Of a stretch of 64,000 bases of DNA, positions 20,788 to 34,490 are shown piece by piece. The translations under genes and the position numbers were made by a program. Every line of letters begins with the position of its first letter. Positions within the stretch are counted from its first letter, which is position 1. A model generated the notes under the pieces. The model had not been told where the DNA came from and made no database searches. It worked only from the letters and a program-made list of their open reading frames with translations. The stretch comes from Anthoceros angustus. Its lineage: Eukaryota; Plantae; Anthocerotophyta. The DNA is taken from assembly GCA_010909165.1 (NCBI GenBank), contig MU008166.1:1488001-1552000 (forward strand), written 5' to 3'.

Positions 20788-23700
20788 CTAAGTATCTACT
20801 GACGTTCTACTCCCGGTACCAATGACGGCAACAGGTCGTTTCTCCACCTGCTTATGGTCGCTGTTTTCGCTCTCTGTGGCGTCGGTAGACGACGTCAGGT
20901 TAGCATCTGTGGACAGCAGCGCTCTCTCCAGATCCGTGGAGCTTCTGAAGCCATCTGCAGACTCTGTCCAGCGAAGAATGTCTGTGAAGCTCTCTCCAAG
21001 GGGAAGAGAAAAAGACGATATTGGAGTTGGTAGCTGAGACGGGACTTGTTGGATGTGGGCTTCCAAGACCCCAAGTACAACCTGCAAAGTGGGAGGTATT
21101 TTCCGTTGGTAAGCCTCTGTGCCAGTCTTGGGAAATGCATGAGGAAACCGTGTGTAGGAGGGGTTCTCAGGCAAGTACCTTCATTGATGGGCGCTCTTGT
21201 CTTTCAAACGTGGTACATTTGATGGCGATATCAGCCATGGCGAGTAAAGCGTCGTGCGAGTACTCCCCAAAGGCAGGATCTACAATCGCTTCAATGCCAC
21301 CATCCCTGAATCTGGGCCTTGCCTGCAACCAACACCTTGGATTAGTGGACTCAACTCAGCCGCCTGTCCTAGGTCCGGAAGCTGCATCCAGAGAAGTAAC
21401 TTACCCATTCAACTAGGTTGTATCCGTTCTCTCGTTCATGGTCTATGGCTTTCTGACCAGTAACGAGCTCAAGCAACACCATCCCAAAGCCATACACATC
21501 GCTGGCCGCGGTTAGCTGCCTCTGCAAGAAGTACTGCGGATCCAGATATCTGCAATAGCCACCAAAGACTGTGAGCCACAAGTAGCAGGTGTTTGAGGAC
21601 CAGATTAGGGATGGGCTGTACTGCTTACCCAGCCGTACCAGCTGGCCTGGTGGAGATGTGAGTGTCAATCTCTTTGCTCACTCTTGAGATGCCAAAATCA
21701 GATAGCTTTGCGTTGAACTTGTCATCAAGTAAGATGTTGCTGGGTTTCACGTCCCTATGGATGACAGGAGGATCCTGCGGAAGAAGCCAAGCAGGAAGCA
21801 AATCGGGATCTTGATGTAGGATACTAATCAAGATTCGTGGAGGTGAGAATATGGTACCGCATACGAGTGGAGATACTCCAGGCCTTGAGCAACGCCGACT
21901 GCTATCTCCAGCCTCTTGTACCAGTGCAAGGGTTTTGCCAGTCTCGTCCCTGTGACGAAGAAGCCAGTCAGGACGAGGGATGACACCACACATACATGTC
22001 GGAAATGTAGAAAGGATGATTAATCTCACCAAATAGAAGCGAGAACAGGTTCCCGTTCTTCACAAACTCGTACACAAGTATCTGGAGTTGGTCGAGGGTA
22101 CCACGTTAGGGGGAAAATGGTGCAAATAGGAGAACTAAACAGGTTCCCACGATACCTACTTGCAAGCCTAGATCATCACAGAAGCCCTCCAGACGAACAA
22201 GATGCCGGTGATGTAGCCGGCTGAGAAGAGCAATTTCGTTGTGGAACTCGTGAAGCCCTTGCATACTCGTTGTGGAGGCTCTCTTTATTGCTACCAGCTT
22301 GCCGTTTGGAAAGGCACCGAGGAACACCTTGCCGAAACCCCCAACTCCAATTTCGTTCTTTGCGTCGAAGTTGTTGGTGGCCTTTGAAAGCTCTTGGAAG
22401 GTGTATCTGTGGACACCTTGAGGGATTTCCCACAGTTGCTCGGATTCTGTCACATGTTGCAGTGTAAGACCAACTTTGCCACTCGTAATCAGAATTCATG
22501 CGAAAACTGCAATGGAATACATGGGAGCTTACCTCCACCAGGATTAGTGCTTCCTCTTGTCGGCTTTGTAGAGAAAACATCCACGAACGTACCTCCTTCC
22601 GTACGGTTTCGCCACAGAAAGAAACCGATTGCCAGGCCTAGGACAACTATTACGGCTAAAGCAGCACCCAGCACTGGAGCAGCAGGGAAACTTGATGACG
22701 ATTTTGATGATGCTGCTGGCGAGGATACTTCTGCAATGGCAAACCCACCAGTGTTAAATCACACAGCTTCTGCTCTTCACCTCACGATTGAAAAAGAAGT
22801 AGTGGATGCAACTGTGTACATACCCAGAGGGCTGCAAGTACAGTTGGCATTTGCCACAAGCACCGCAATCGAAGGGGGACATGGGGCACAAGTCCCTGAA
22901 AGCCCGTGCAAGTGAACCATAAGGATGCAGCAGATCCGCACCATGGACCAACGGCATCAAGGACAACAGCTGACCCAAAAGGACTACTGTAATGGAGCGA
23001 ACTTCAACCTGGTGGATAGTTTTTCAGGAATGCAGCGCACGCAAGGTTTCTTTGACAAGTTCGGCCCGAGTTATCAGCATTGTTGTCGGTGATGTTTGTG
23101 AAACAGTTCCCATCCACACTGCTGGTCCATAATAAAGGATATGAGCTATACGTTAAACTGGAATCATAGCTGGTCAACAGCTAGACAAAGTTTGGAGAGA
23201 CTATAGAATGCAGCCATTTCAACAGAGAAAGCCAACATAAGTGCAGACCCCTCTTGAGTTAAGGGCGAAAGACTTTACATATCCAATGAAGCATTTGGGT
23301 AAGGACCAAAGAAGTAATTGCATTGAAGATCTCTGCAACCAACAAGAAACACGAACCATCAACCATCGTGATTTTCGGGGACACGAGCAGGATCACAACA
23401 CTGAGGTCTACCAGAACAAGTGAAACTTGAGTCTTGAGTTACAATGAAAGCTTGAGAGAGCAGGACTTACAGTCTTGCAAAATGTCCAGCGCCCACCAAG
23501 GAGGGAAAAAACCCTTGAAACTGATTTTGCTCCAGCCTCCTATAACCCAAGAGGTAGAACAAAATTGAATCAGAACACTGGCGGCTTTGCTTTGCTCTCA
23601 GACAGACTGTTGGCAATTAACTTACAGTTCTGTTAAATTTGGTTGCAGTAAGAGCCATGAAGGAACAAGTCCTGAGAGATAGTTCTTTTGCAGGGACCTG

Positions 23701-25486
23701 GGCAGCCAAACAGACGAAATCAGCTCTAATGTAGACGAACATGCAATCAAATCCTTCTGCCAAAAAGACTTGAATGGGAGAAGTTGAAGGTTTCATACAG
23801 TTGCTTCAAGCTGGTCATATCTTGCCATTGGTCAGGGATGAATCCAGTGAGCTGATTGTCATAGAGCAGCCTGTCCAGAAAATGCACCAATTTCACTATG
23901 ATCAACAGAGTCTCCACTTCAAATGTTAATTACAGAACCACGTATGTGCCAGCAGCATACAATCTTTGCAGATTCTTCAGTTGCCCAAAGGTAGCAGGGA
24001 GACCACCCCATACTCCAGTGTCATGTATATTCCTGCATAAATCATGGAGAGAAAGCAAACTTGATGTCAATACAGTCGAGGCACTTGTCAGTAAGAATTG
24101 ACCCTTCATACAATTGACTCTCTATACTTGCTACCTCGGTGACTGTTTCCCTCACATGTACGTAAGTTGAGACAGGTTCCCCAGGTTAGCAGGTAGAGAT
24201 GAATCGAATGGGATATAAGATAAACTCCTGTAGCCACAAGTGTTTTGCCAGATCAGTACAGAGTAGCCTGTAATGCGTGCTAGCTGCTTTCTTGTAGAGT
24301 TTGAAAGAGGAGATATTGACGACAGCTACTGGTCGTTTGCTGGTTTTGAGTGCATACAAACTTGACAGATCCTGCAATGTTCCAATCGCTAAAGGAATTG
24401 CCCCTCGGAAGCTGTTGTTGCTCAACCACCTGGAGTAAACTGTTTACCGTGAGAACAAGAGCAATGACCACACAAAGTAAGTGAACAGCAGTACAGCTGA
24501 TCTTACAACGTCTGAAGCTTTGAAAGTTGTCCAAGCTCTTCAGGCAAAGTCCCACTCAAATTTGCATTCCCCATGTTTCTGCAAGCACACCGTCCGTGAA
24601 TGCTACTATCCAACACCGCACCAGCTACGCATGAAATGCTACTATCCAACACCGCACCAGCTACGCATGACATCAAATGAGTAAGGTGCGTACAGAGTTA
24701 TAAGGTTCGGTAGTTTCAGCACGACCGCCGGGAATGGGATATTCAGCTCCAAGTAATTAAGGTTTCTGCATAAAGAAACATCGTTTCAGAGTAATGCAGA
24801 CCAGTACAGGGCTGTCAACCGGAGCAGCTGACAGCAAGGAAATGAACTGCTGGGTGGAACAGAACTCCAAACACAGCAACAAAAGGGAACAAGGACAGAA
24901 GGGAGAACATACAAAGTTTGCAAAGACTGCAAGTTGCTCAGCTCTTCAGGTAGATTGCCAGTGATAGTATTCCAGGGCCCAACAGCTGTGAAGTTCACAA
25001 GATTATTGCTTATGTCTAGACTGGTAAGGTACGTGAGCTGGCCGATCGCACTTGGTATTCCTCCACTCAGACCATTATTAGTGAGATTTCTGCAAACCAA
25101 AAGCATTTCATCCATTCAATTCCGAGAACCAAGTGCCCCGCTCAGTGACTACCAGGAGAGCAAACCGTCAAGAAAGACGAGCTTACATTCCGGAGACATG
25201 ACCATCTACACAACTCACACCATGCCACTGCCCTTGGCAAGGGTCTTCCGCAGAGATCCAAGACTGGAAGTTTACCCCCCAGCTTCGCATCAGCTGAATG
25301 AGGATATTTCCTGCGGCACAAAGAAACATCCAGTCAGGAAGATAAGAAAGCGAGGCCCCAGGGCCTTCACTCGGGGAAGGCGCCCAGCGGTACCCACCTT
25401 CTTCCACTGTCGCGGTACACACAGACGCTGAAGCTGCGAGGAGACAGAAAATTGAAACCAAAATGGCGCACTGCCCTGCTTGCCAT
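20788..25486 (-). CDS. LRR receptor-like Ser/Thr kinase (RLK3); start codon 1 nt out of frame with the signal peptide
   Basis: [22 protein letters not shown]; about 10 LRR exons; GNCF..C..C and CAPCPP..CTC segments; [23 protein letters not shown]. Kinase motifs [37 protein letters not shown]; stop at 20788. The nearest ATG (25486) is 25 nt upstream of the signal-peptide frame. Confidence 0.9.
24599..24670. repeat. 36-bp tandem duplication in an RLK3 intron
   Basis: AATGCTACTATCCAACACCGCACCAGCTACGCATGA occurs twice in tandem. Confidence 0.9.
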
Positions 25487-26767
25487 CAATGACCCACAAA
25501 GGCGAGCTCGCATCAGTAACAGCGATAGGTGAGCGTGGACTAAACCCAACTCCTCATCAATCCTTCCAATGCCGGGAGATCTCTTCTCCTATCTTGAACA
25601 AAACCAAAGACTCCCCCCCACGGCCTCCATGCTCATGCACCTGAATTTCTACTACACAGCCCCGGACTCGACTGTCTCCGCTCCATGGAGAAACACTATC
25701 GTTCTCCTCCACTTCACTTTCCCCTGCAGTCGTGCCCCATGCCAAACCACGTCCCCACATTATCCGTTGCCCCCATCGACTCTCGGATCAGAATTCCGGA
25801 CAGACATTCCCGCAGTCTCCACGTTGGGTCCGAATTCCACCAGCTGTCAGAATGCCAGCACCACGCCCTCTACCACTCCAAGCCCGAAGGAATCGACCCA
25901 ACTCTGGCCTTCCTCCAAAAACCGAGAGCCAAGCTACAGGAGATCATCGCAAGGGGAACAGAATAGCCATTTCACTCTTCTTGCTCTTGCCCCTAAGACG
26001 ACCCGAACCTTGATCTTCTTTCTTCAAACTCATTCCCGCACCCCAGAATCCCAACCACCTCCTCCCCCAAACTGCCCAACACCAGGCCCAAACCCAACAA
26101 AATCCCGCCACTGCCAGCACAATCAGCCCCCTGTCCCATCCAGCGAGAGCGACCCACAGCCCTCCTCCGATTCGCCAAAATGCAGGTACCCATCCTCAGC
26201 AGGCACAGCTCGCAACCATCCCTCTAACAGCTTTCCAACTCAGGCTCTGGCCCGGGCCAGGAGCTTTCCGTCCTTCCGGTGCGAAAGTCCCTCCCCTGTG
26301 GCTGCGAGCAGACACCAGTGTACCTACCTGTACCCGGCTTCTCTCTCCTGCTTTTGTCTGCTCACAGAGCGTCCTGTGCAACGGCAGGGGAAATTGGAAG
26401 GCATCTCCCAGGGCCACCAGTCTTATCCTCTCTCCGGACCGACCCTGGCCGGCGCCCCAGGCGCCCAAGGGCCAATTGCAGCCCAGATGAGCGCAATCTG
26501 CCAGCCGCTGACCGGGACGCAGTGATGAGAACCAGCAACGGAGGCATCATCATGATGTGCGAAATGCGAGCGCTGGGTGTGCCGGGGAGCACGGAACGGA
26601 GCCTGCAGAGCACGGGCAGCGTCCCACGGCCATCACGGCCAGACTCAGGCTCTCTTGTTGTGCATCCATGCTTTCTTGGCATGGGCCGGGCCTTGAATCT
26701 CACGTTGTTTCGTACCATGGTTGCGGCTGGTACAGCCACTGCCCTGACAGAACTGGACACGAGACTC

Positions 26768-29555
26768 CCCCAGGCTCCAGCCATGCACCTTGGCCCCGCC
26801 CGGCCCTGTCTCTGGAGTCTGCACGCCAGCCACTGCCTCCTGTCAGACCTCCACGACTGATTGGCTCCTCATGACACACGTTGGAATATCTCTGCACATC
26901 TATGCACAGAGCAGTTTCTCCATCGACTGCTAGCTCATCTTCACAGAGACGTGTTGTTCACGACTAGTCTATGCATGTATGCCGTCGAACCACATGTCGA
27001 CTGCTGCCCCGCCGCCCAGGACCCCAGCCTTACATGGGACTGGTGTGTGCCGGCTCCTAAAACTAGGATTGTAGGTATCTGAATTACTTGGATTTGTGGT
27101 AGAGGATTTGTGTATCCGTAGATACATATGTAGGTACATAGGTACGTAGGGCATCTGCTCCCCGCAGGTATAGCTGTAGATAGTCGTGCTGTAATGAACC
27201 CCTAAAGGACGAAGCCCGTTTTCTGGTTTTTGGGCTGAATTTCAGGTATTTATGCATGTTTAAATTAAAAACAAATCGGGTGAGCCTGTTCTCACTCCCG
27301 AAATTATCATCACGCAAAGTTGCATCCGCTCATATGTTATGAAAAAAAGACAGTGGCTCATATGCCTCTTCCACAAATTTGCACTATTGTGTGACCCTGA
27401 ACAGTCACGAGGACACGAGCGAGCATCTTCTCTGGAGGAAATTGGCAAAGAGGTACATTGAGCAAAATTTATCACGGATGCGTGACAAGTCCATGGACAT
27501 CTTCACAAAAAATCACCATAATCGCATTCAGGAACATGCCCTTTCTAGACAGAAAATTGGGCCATTCACACTAAGCACTTCCCTCCCGACTAAGCACCAC
27601 TCCATTGCAGAAAACAAAATGGGAACAGGCCGGTTACCTACGAAACCGGCCTCAGGCACCCGTGCAACCGCCTCTTGCTGGGCCCTGCCATGGGCTAGCG
27701 GGGGATAATGACTAGGGCAAGAAGGATGTTGGAAGGGACGTTGCAAAGGCCATCCATTAGGATATAGTCTGACCTTGTTTCAGGGCATCTTTCAGGAATC
27801 TTGCCATACATACTTGCATATCTTTACACCACTTTTCAACATGGCTTCTAGCCCTATAGCCAGTCCTCTAAATAACTCCACTAACATGGTACCCCTGTCC
27901 TACATCTTCCAGGGAAATCACTGTGTTGTTTACTTTCAGCATGCCTTCTACTCTACTGTGATCTATACAATATGCTTCAAGCTCATATTGCATGTGTGGC
28001 ACTGTGGAGTGTAACCTTGTGCCCAGGGACACCGTGAGGTCCACATTTACCCTCAATGTCGTTGTAGTCTTGGGATTCGCTTCCAAGGGAATGATTTGTG
28101 CCAAGAGACACTAACTTCTATTGCTACTGACCTTCACCTAAGTCAGGACTTTCCTGCTATTCCTCCTCTTACCTATCTATTCGTCTACTACCTCCCCAGG
28201 CTCCAGCCATGCACCTTGGCCCAGCCCTGTCTCTGGAGTCTGCACGCCAGCCACTGCCTCCTGTCAGACCTCCACGACTGATTGGCTCCTCATGACACAC
28301 GTTGGAATATCTCTGCACATCTATGCAGAGCAGTTTCTCCATCGACTGCTAGCTCATCTTCACAGACGTGTTGTTCACGACTAGTCTATGCATGTATGTC
28401 GAACCACATGTCGACTGCTGCCCGCCGCCCAGGACTGACCTTACATGGGACTGGTGTGTGCCGGCTCCTAAAACTAGGATTGTAGGTATCTGAATTACTT
28501 GGATTTGTGGTAGAAGTTTGTGTATCCGTAGATACATATGTAGGTACATAGGTACGTGGGGCATCTGCTCCCCGCAGGTATAGCTGTAGATAGTCGTGCT
28601 GTAATGAACCCCTAAAGGACGAAGCCCGTTTTCTGGTTTTGGGCTGAATTTCAGGTATTTATGCATGTTTAAATTAAAACAAATCAGGTGAGCCTGTTCT
28701 CACTCCCGAAATTATCATCACGCAAAGTTGCATCCGCTCATATGTTATGAAAAAAGATTGGCTCATATGCCTCTTCCACAAATTTGCACTATTGTGTGAC
28801 CCTGAACAGTCACGAGGACACGAGCGAGCATCTTCTCTGGAGGAAATTGGCAAGAGGTACATTGAGCAAAATTTATCACGGATGCGTGACAAGTCCATGG
28901 ACATCTTCACAAAAAATCACCATAATCGCATTCAGGAACATGCCCTTTCTAGAGCAATTGGGCCATTCACACTAAGCACTTCCCAGCTAAGCTCCATTGC
29001 GAGAAAACAAAATGGGAGCAGGGTTACCTCTGAAACCGGCCTCGAGCACCGTGCAACCGCCTCTTCTTTGGGCCACCTTGGGCTAGCGGGGATAATGACT
29101 AGGGCAAGAAGGATGTTGGAAGGGTTGCAAGGCCATCCATTAGGATATAGTCGACCTTGTTTCGGGGCATCTTTCAGGAATCTTGCCATACATACTTGCA
29201 TATCTTTACACCACTTTTCAACATGGCTTCTAGCCCTATAGCGATCCTCTAAATAACTCCACTAACATGTACCATCACCCTACATCTTCGGAAATCAACA
29301 TGTTGTTTACTTCGATGCCTTCTACTCTCATGATCTATACAATATGCTTCAAGCTCATATTGCATGTGTATGAGTGTAACCTTATGCCGGGGACAGTGAG
29401 GTCCACATTTACCCTCAATGTCGTTGTAGTCTTGGGATTCGCTTCCAAGGAATGATTTGTGCCAAGAGACACTAACTTCTATTACTCTTGACCTTCACCT
29501 AAGTCGGGACTTTCACCTATTCCTCCTCTTACCTATCTATTCGTCTACTACTACC
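26768..29555. repeat. ~1.4-kb direct tandem duplication, second copy indel-rich
   Basis: Copy A ~26768-28193 and copy B ~28194-29555 both start CCCCAGGCTCCAGCCATGCACCTTGG. B lacks many single bases relative to A. Confidence 0.92.
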
Positions 29556-32500
29556 TCCCAGCTACCCCAGACTTTACTTCCCGACCACGGATCTTATTCC
29601 CCAACTGTCGTTCTTGATCTACTACATGGTGCCACCACTCTGGGTGGTTGGCCCGAGGTGGGTCCCACGCCGAACCCTAGCGACTTATTTCCGGCGCACG
29701 GCGCCGCGAATCTCTGCCACGGGCAGCTATCACCGCTCACCGACCAAATTTTATTTGGCACTCCATACTTCATGCACACACCAATTCCTAGGGACTAAGG
29801 CTCCACAGGTCCCTTTCAACTACTTTCACACACACACAAAGGGGGCCGCCTTCACACAATTCCGGAAGGAATGATATTTCCTCTTGTGCTCACTTTCACG
29901 AACAGCACCGTTTTGGATCCTCTCTGATCCGCGTAATTTCCACTGTTAGTCACTCAGTTAGTTCTCCTTCCCAACTTCACCACACCGCCTTACACCTCGC
30001 ATCGCGTACAGTGCTCAGCCACTCTTCCTTCTCCTCCTCGATTCGCTTCTTCCACTTTTTTCTCTCTCTCTCTCTTTCGACACGCCCTCAGGCTTTCATC
30101 CACACACACCAACATACACTCTTAATTTCGGAACACAGCCAGCAGGAAAAAGGGTAAGGGGAGGAAGAACTCTCGGCGTCACGGGCGTTCTGAGCAAGCT
30201 CCGGACCGCCCGCCAATCCCTCGATTTCCCCTCCTTTCGTGAGCGCTCCTCACCCCTCTCCGCCGTCTGCAGCAAGCTCGACCACCTCTGGGCGTCTACG
30301 CCTCCGTCAATCGGACGTCTCCTACAAGCCACAGGCGGCGTGGGGATCTCAACGAGAAATTATCTTGGGAGAGGCATAGTCGCCCCTCTTATACATCAAT
30401 TTGAGGGCTCCATGCCCGGATTTTAGGTCCCTAAGATGGCTATCATGAAGGGCCGCCCACAATTCGGGCGATCCTAGGTCGGTCGACATCCTAACCAAAT
30501 TCTATCCCTAGGATGCTATCACTTATACGCCTCGCTGTCTGCGCGCCCCCTCGACTTGGCCGCTGGCCCTTAGTCCTCCATTCTGCCGCCACGAGCCCTC
30601 ACCTTGCCGGTCAGCGGGGTTTTCCCACAATACTTCCACCTCACTGTCACTGCTGGACGTCCTAATGTGAGGTATACCCTGCCCTGGAGCTTCCGCATCT
30701 TCCGGTTGCCGCCTATTGCTGAGGATTATTACCGGTTCCTCGTCCACCCAAGCCTGGACCTCCTCCTCACTTAACTCCTCCAAAGTCGCCTCCGCATAAT
30801 AGGGGGCCAACCCCCACACTCGGGCGCAGTGGTAGAAGTATCCACTTCGAGTCCTCACTTGCGATGGGTAGGCCACAGTCCCTCCTATTTCCACGCACAT
30901 GGGCGGTGAAGTTAAGCACGCGTTCCCCATTCACATATAGACCGAGAACATAAGTTTCCTCATCCATGGGCGCAACATAATAGGACCTCCTAGCATGGTG
31001 AGGTGCTTACCCCTCCTCCGTAGGCTACACCGGTTGCTTGGTCCATGTCCTCGCGGGGTGCAGCGTCGCATCTGTCGCTCCGCTCATGGCGCTTGAGTTG
31101 GGCTCGCCAATGTCGATGCTGACTTCCACTACGCGGTGGTGGACTCCACAGTAAATGCATTCGGCAACCCGGTAGGTGTTTGACTACATGATTCTTTGCT
31201 TCCTTCCTCGGTAGTTCCTTCCACTACCCCGTCGTGGTCTTGCTACCTCGCTTCCCTTTCCCTTATCCTTTACGGCGTACGTGCCTCATCCGCTCCGTTT
31301 ATACGTTCCTTGACATGGGCCTTCTCCACAGAGGCCGCCTCTTGCTCCTGGGCCCACAACAACTCCCCCTGCATCTCCTGGTTTGTCTCGTGGGCATCCT
31401 TAATTTGAGCCATGGGCGCTTCCTGCTGATTCGACATGGCCTGTAACTTCTCCTGAGCCCTGCACAAATCCTAGTGAATCTTGGCCCTTTTTGCCTCTAG
31501 GTCCCGCTTGTCTTCCTCCAGTTGCTTGCGCTTGGCCTCCCCCTCGTCAAACCTGGCCTTCACCACTTCCTCCCGTCGCCCTTGCACACTGAGCCATGTG
31601 AGAGCCAAGGCCGCTTGATCTAACAAATCCGCTTGGGCCGGATCATCGATGTGGTCGGCTCCAAACAAGCCACAGGCGGCGTGGGGATCTCAACGAAGTG
31701 CTCTGCTGGGAGGCATAGTCGCCCCTCTTATACATTTGGGCTCCATGCCCGGATTTTAGGTCCCTAAGATGGCTATCATGAAGGGGCCCACAATTCGGGC
31801 GATCCTAGGTCGGTCGACATCCTAACCAAATTCTATCCCTAGGATGCTATCACTTATACACCTCGCTGTCTGCGCGCCCCCTCGACTTGGCCGCTGGCCC
31901 TTAGTCCTCCATTCTGCCGCCACGAGCCCTCCACCGCCGCGATCGTGAGGTTTTCCCACAATACTTCCACCTCACATCGCTGCTGGGCGTCCTAATTTGA
32001 GGTATACCACCTTACAGCTTCCGCATCTTCGCTTGCCTATTCTTTGAGGATTATTCGGTTCCTCGTCCACCCAAGCACTTTGGACCTCCTCCTCCTCACT
32101 CCTCCAAAGTCGCCTCGCATAATAGGGGCCAACCCCACACTCTCGGTGTGATGGTAGAAGTATCCACTTGAGTCCTCACTTGCGATGGGTAGGCCACATC
32201 CCTCCTATTTCCACACGCACATGGGCGGTGAAGTTAAGCACGCGTTCCCCATTCACATATAGACCGAGAACATAAGTTTCCTCATCCATGGGCGCAACAT
32301 AATAGGACCTCCTAGCATGGCGGTGCTTACCCCCCCTCCTCGTAGGCTACACACAGTTGCTTGGTCCATGTCCTCATGTGCAGCGTATCCTGTCGCTCCG
32401 CTCATGGCCGCTTGAGTTGGGCCATGATGCTGACTTCCACTACAGCGGTGGTGGACTCCACAGTAAATGCATTCGGCAACCCGGTAGGTGTTTGACTACA

Positions 32501-34490
32501 TGATTCTTTGCTTCCTTCCTGCGGTAGTTCCTTCCACTACCCGTCGTGGTCTTGCTACCTCGCTTCCCTTTCCCTTATCCTTTACGGCTTGGCGTGCCTC
32601 ATCCGCTCCGTTTATCTGTTCCATGACTTATGGGCCTTCTCCACAGAGGCCTCTTGCTGGGCCGCAACAACTCTCCTGCATCTCCTGGTTTGTCTGTGGG
32701 CATCCTTAATTTGAGCCATGGCGCTTCCTGGCGACTTGACATGGCCTGTAGCTTCTCCCGAGCCTGCACAAATCCTCCACAGATCTTGGCCCTTTTTCCT
32801 CTAGGTCTCGCTTGTCTTCCTCCTCTGTTGCTTGCTTGGCCTCCTCTTGTCAAACTGGCCTTCACCACTTCCTCCGTCGCCCTTGCACAGAGCCATGTGA
32901 GAGCCAAGGCCGCTTGATCTAACTCGTCCGCTTGGGCCGGATCATCGATGTGGTCGGCTCACGCAAATCCACTGTTGTGGCGGCCCGCGCGGCGCCATCC
33001 CCTGTCGAGCACTTTCCTTCCCGGCAAAGTGCGCACCCTCACCATTTGCATCCACATTGCGGTGGAGTCCCTTGAAAATCTCCTCCCATCTTTGAGGAGG
33101 TCCGCTTCGAGGTCGGCCCTAATCCCTCGGGGTTGGTTCATCATCTACATCCAGTCGCAAGTCTTCCTCGGACGCGCCTCTTCTTCCGCCACCTCAACTG
33201 CTTGATTGGCCTTCACTTTCGTGCGCCTTGTGCCGACTGGTGCGTCCACCTTCACCTTTTTATTTGAGGCCGTGCCACCCCGGTCTTCCTCTTCTTCTTG
33301 GTGAAATTTCCTTCTCTTCCTCAGGCTGTCATGCACGAACTCCCGGTGTCCAGATTCCTCCTCGATTTCCTCCTTGGGCTCCTCCGCCTTCCACTTCACC
33401 TCCTAAGCGGCTTCCACATGTGAAGGAGGCCACAATTCTACCTGGCGGGCGGTTAGCATGCGCATAAAGATGGACGAAATGGTGAAATTAGAGGCGAGGT
33501 AGGAGAAATCGAGTTCAACCTCTCTTCACACAACTTGTCGAAGAGAATTCGTCCCCAATCGATTTTCGCCCCCTTGACAACTTCATGGAGGAGGCAAGTG
33601 AGTGGTCGGACAAATAATCCACGCTTCTGGCAGAAAACATAGGAGCCATCTGGCCAGGCCCATCAACGCTGTTCCCTCGTACCACCAAGGTTCCTTGACA
33701 CGCCTTAACCAGGGCGGCTGCTGCTGCTGCTGTGCTCCTTTTCTGAGAAGGTTCCATCACCAAACCACCTGCCTCCTCCTTGCTGCGCCCATACACCCTC
33801 CTAACCAATTCCAGATTCCAATCCTGAGGCTTCGCTCTAATTCCCTCGCCCGGTGCTTGTCTTTCAGATGGCGAGCGCACTCCTGCACCAGTCCCAGGTT
33901 CACGTAATTCCACCACTTCTCCATGAAGCCAAGCCCCAGCTCTTTCACCAATTCCCCAGCTCGGACTTTCCAATGATTCATGTTTGGCCATTGGGCGAGT
34001 GCAATTTCAGCTGTGACTTTGGGCGCCATCCCTCTACAGCAGTCCCCCTGGCCTCGGCGCCTGGAATGGGTGGAGTCTTGCCTCGAAATTCCCGCGAAAT
34101 TGACCGTCGATGTTCCTTCCTTCTCAACAACTCAAGGCCACAGGCCGCCCTTCCGCCGGGGTTTGCGACCTCACTGGTGAGGGTTTGAGGCTGCCCTCCT
34201 CCGCGGTTGCGCTCTCTCGCTCTCCAGCAGATCGCGGTACCCCCCCGGATGCAGCTCCTCGACGTCCTCGCGCTCCAGCCGCCCTTGCGCTCCGCTGCTC
34301 ACTCTCGCTCCAGCCGCCGTTGCGCTCTGCCGTTTGAACACGCTTCTGTCACTTTTCCCGGTTTTCTTAGGGTTAAGTTCCCCGGGCTTCCCCTACCGCC
34401 GGTGGTCTTCTACGACCATCTCCTCTTTCCACGACTGCTCCCCCAATCATCCCATTCCGCAACCTCTCACCTCATTCCAGCGAACCTCTC
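28003..34490 (-). mobile_element. Gypsy (Athila/Tat-like) LTR copy with upstream accessory ORF remnants, minus orientation
   Basis: 28003 onward is the reverse complement of the LTR end at 36932 (..GGTTACACTCCACA). TATA-like GTATAAGAGGG at ~30390 and ~31728. Frameshifted acidic/coiled-coil ORF ~34030-31200 and a small ORF 30967-30523. No PBS follows 28003, so this is a 3' or solo LTR. The right boundary is uncertain. Confidence 0.78.
30324..32960. repeat. ~1.3-kb direct tandem duplication inside the gypsy copy, second copy indel-rich
   Basis: Copy A 30324-31664 and copy B 31665-32960 both start ACAAGCCACAGGCGGCGTGGGGATCTCAACG and end GATCATCGATGTGGTCGGCTC. Confidence 0.92.

Noticed and set aside
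25569-27082. Long GC-rich ORFs (318 aa at 25569-26525; a frame ~26180-27082 with two stops; 140 aa on the minus strand)
   Set aside because: Low-complexity Pro/Ser/Arg translations in overlapping frames with no family motif; explainable by GC content, UTR or decayed sequence.
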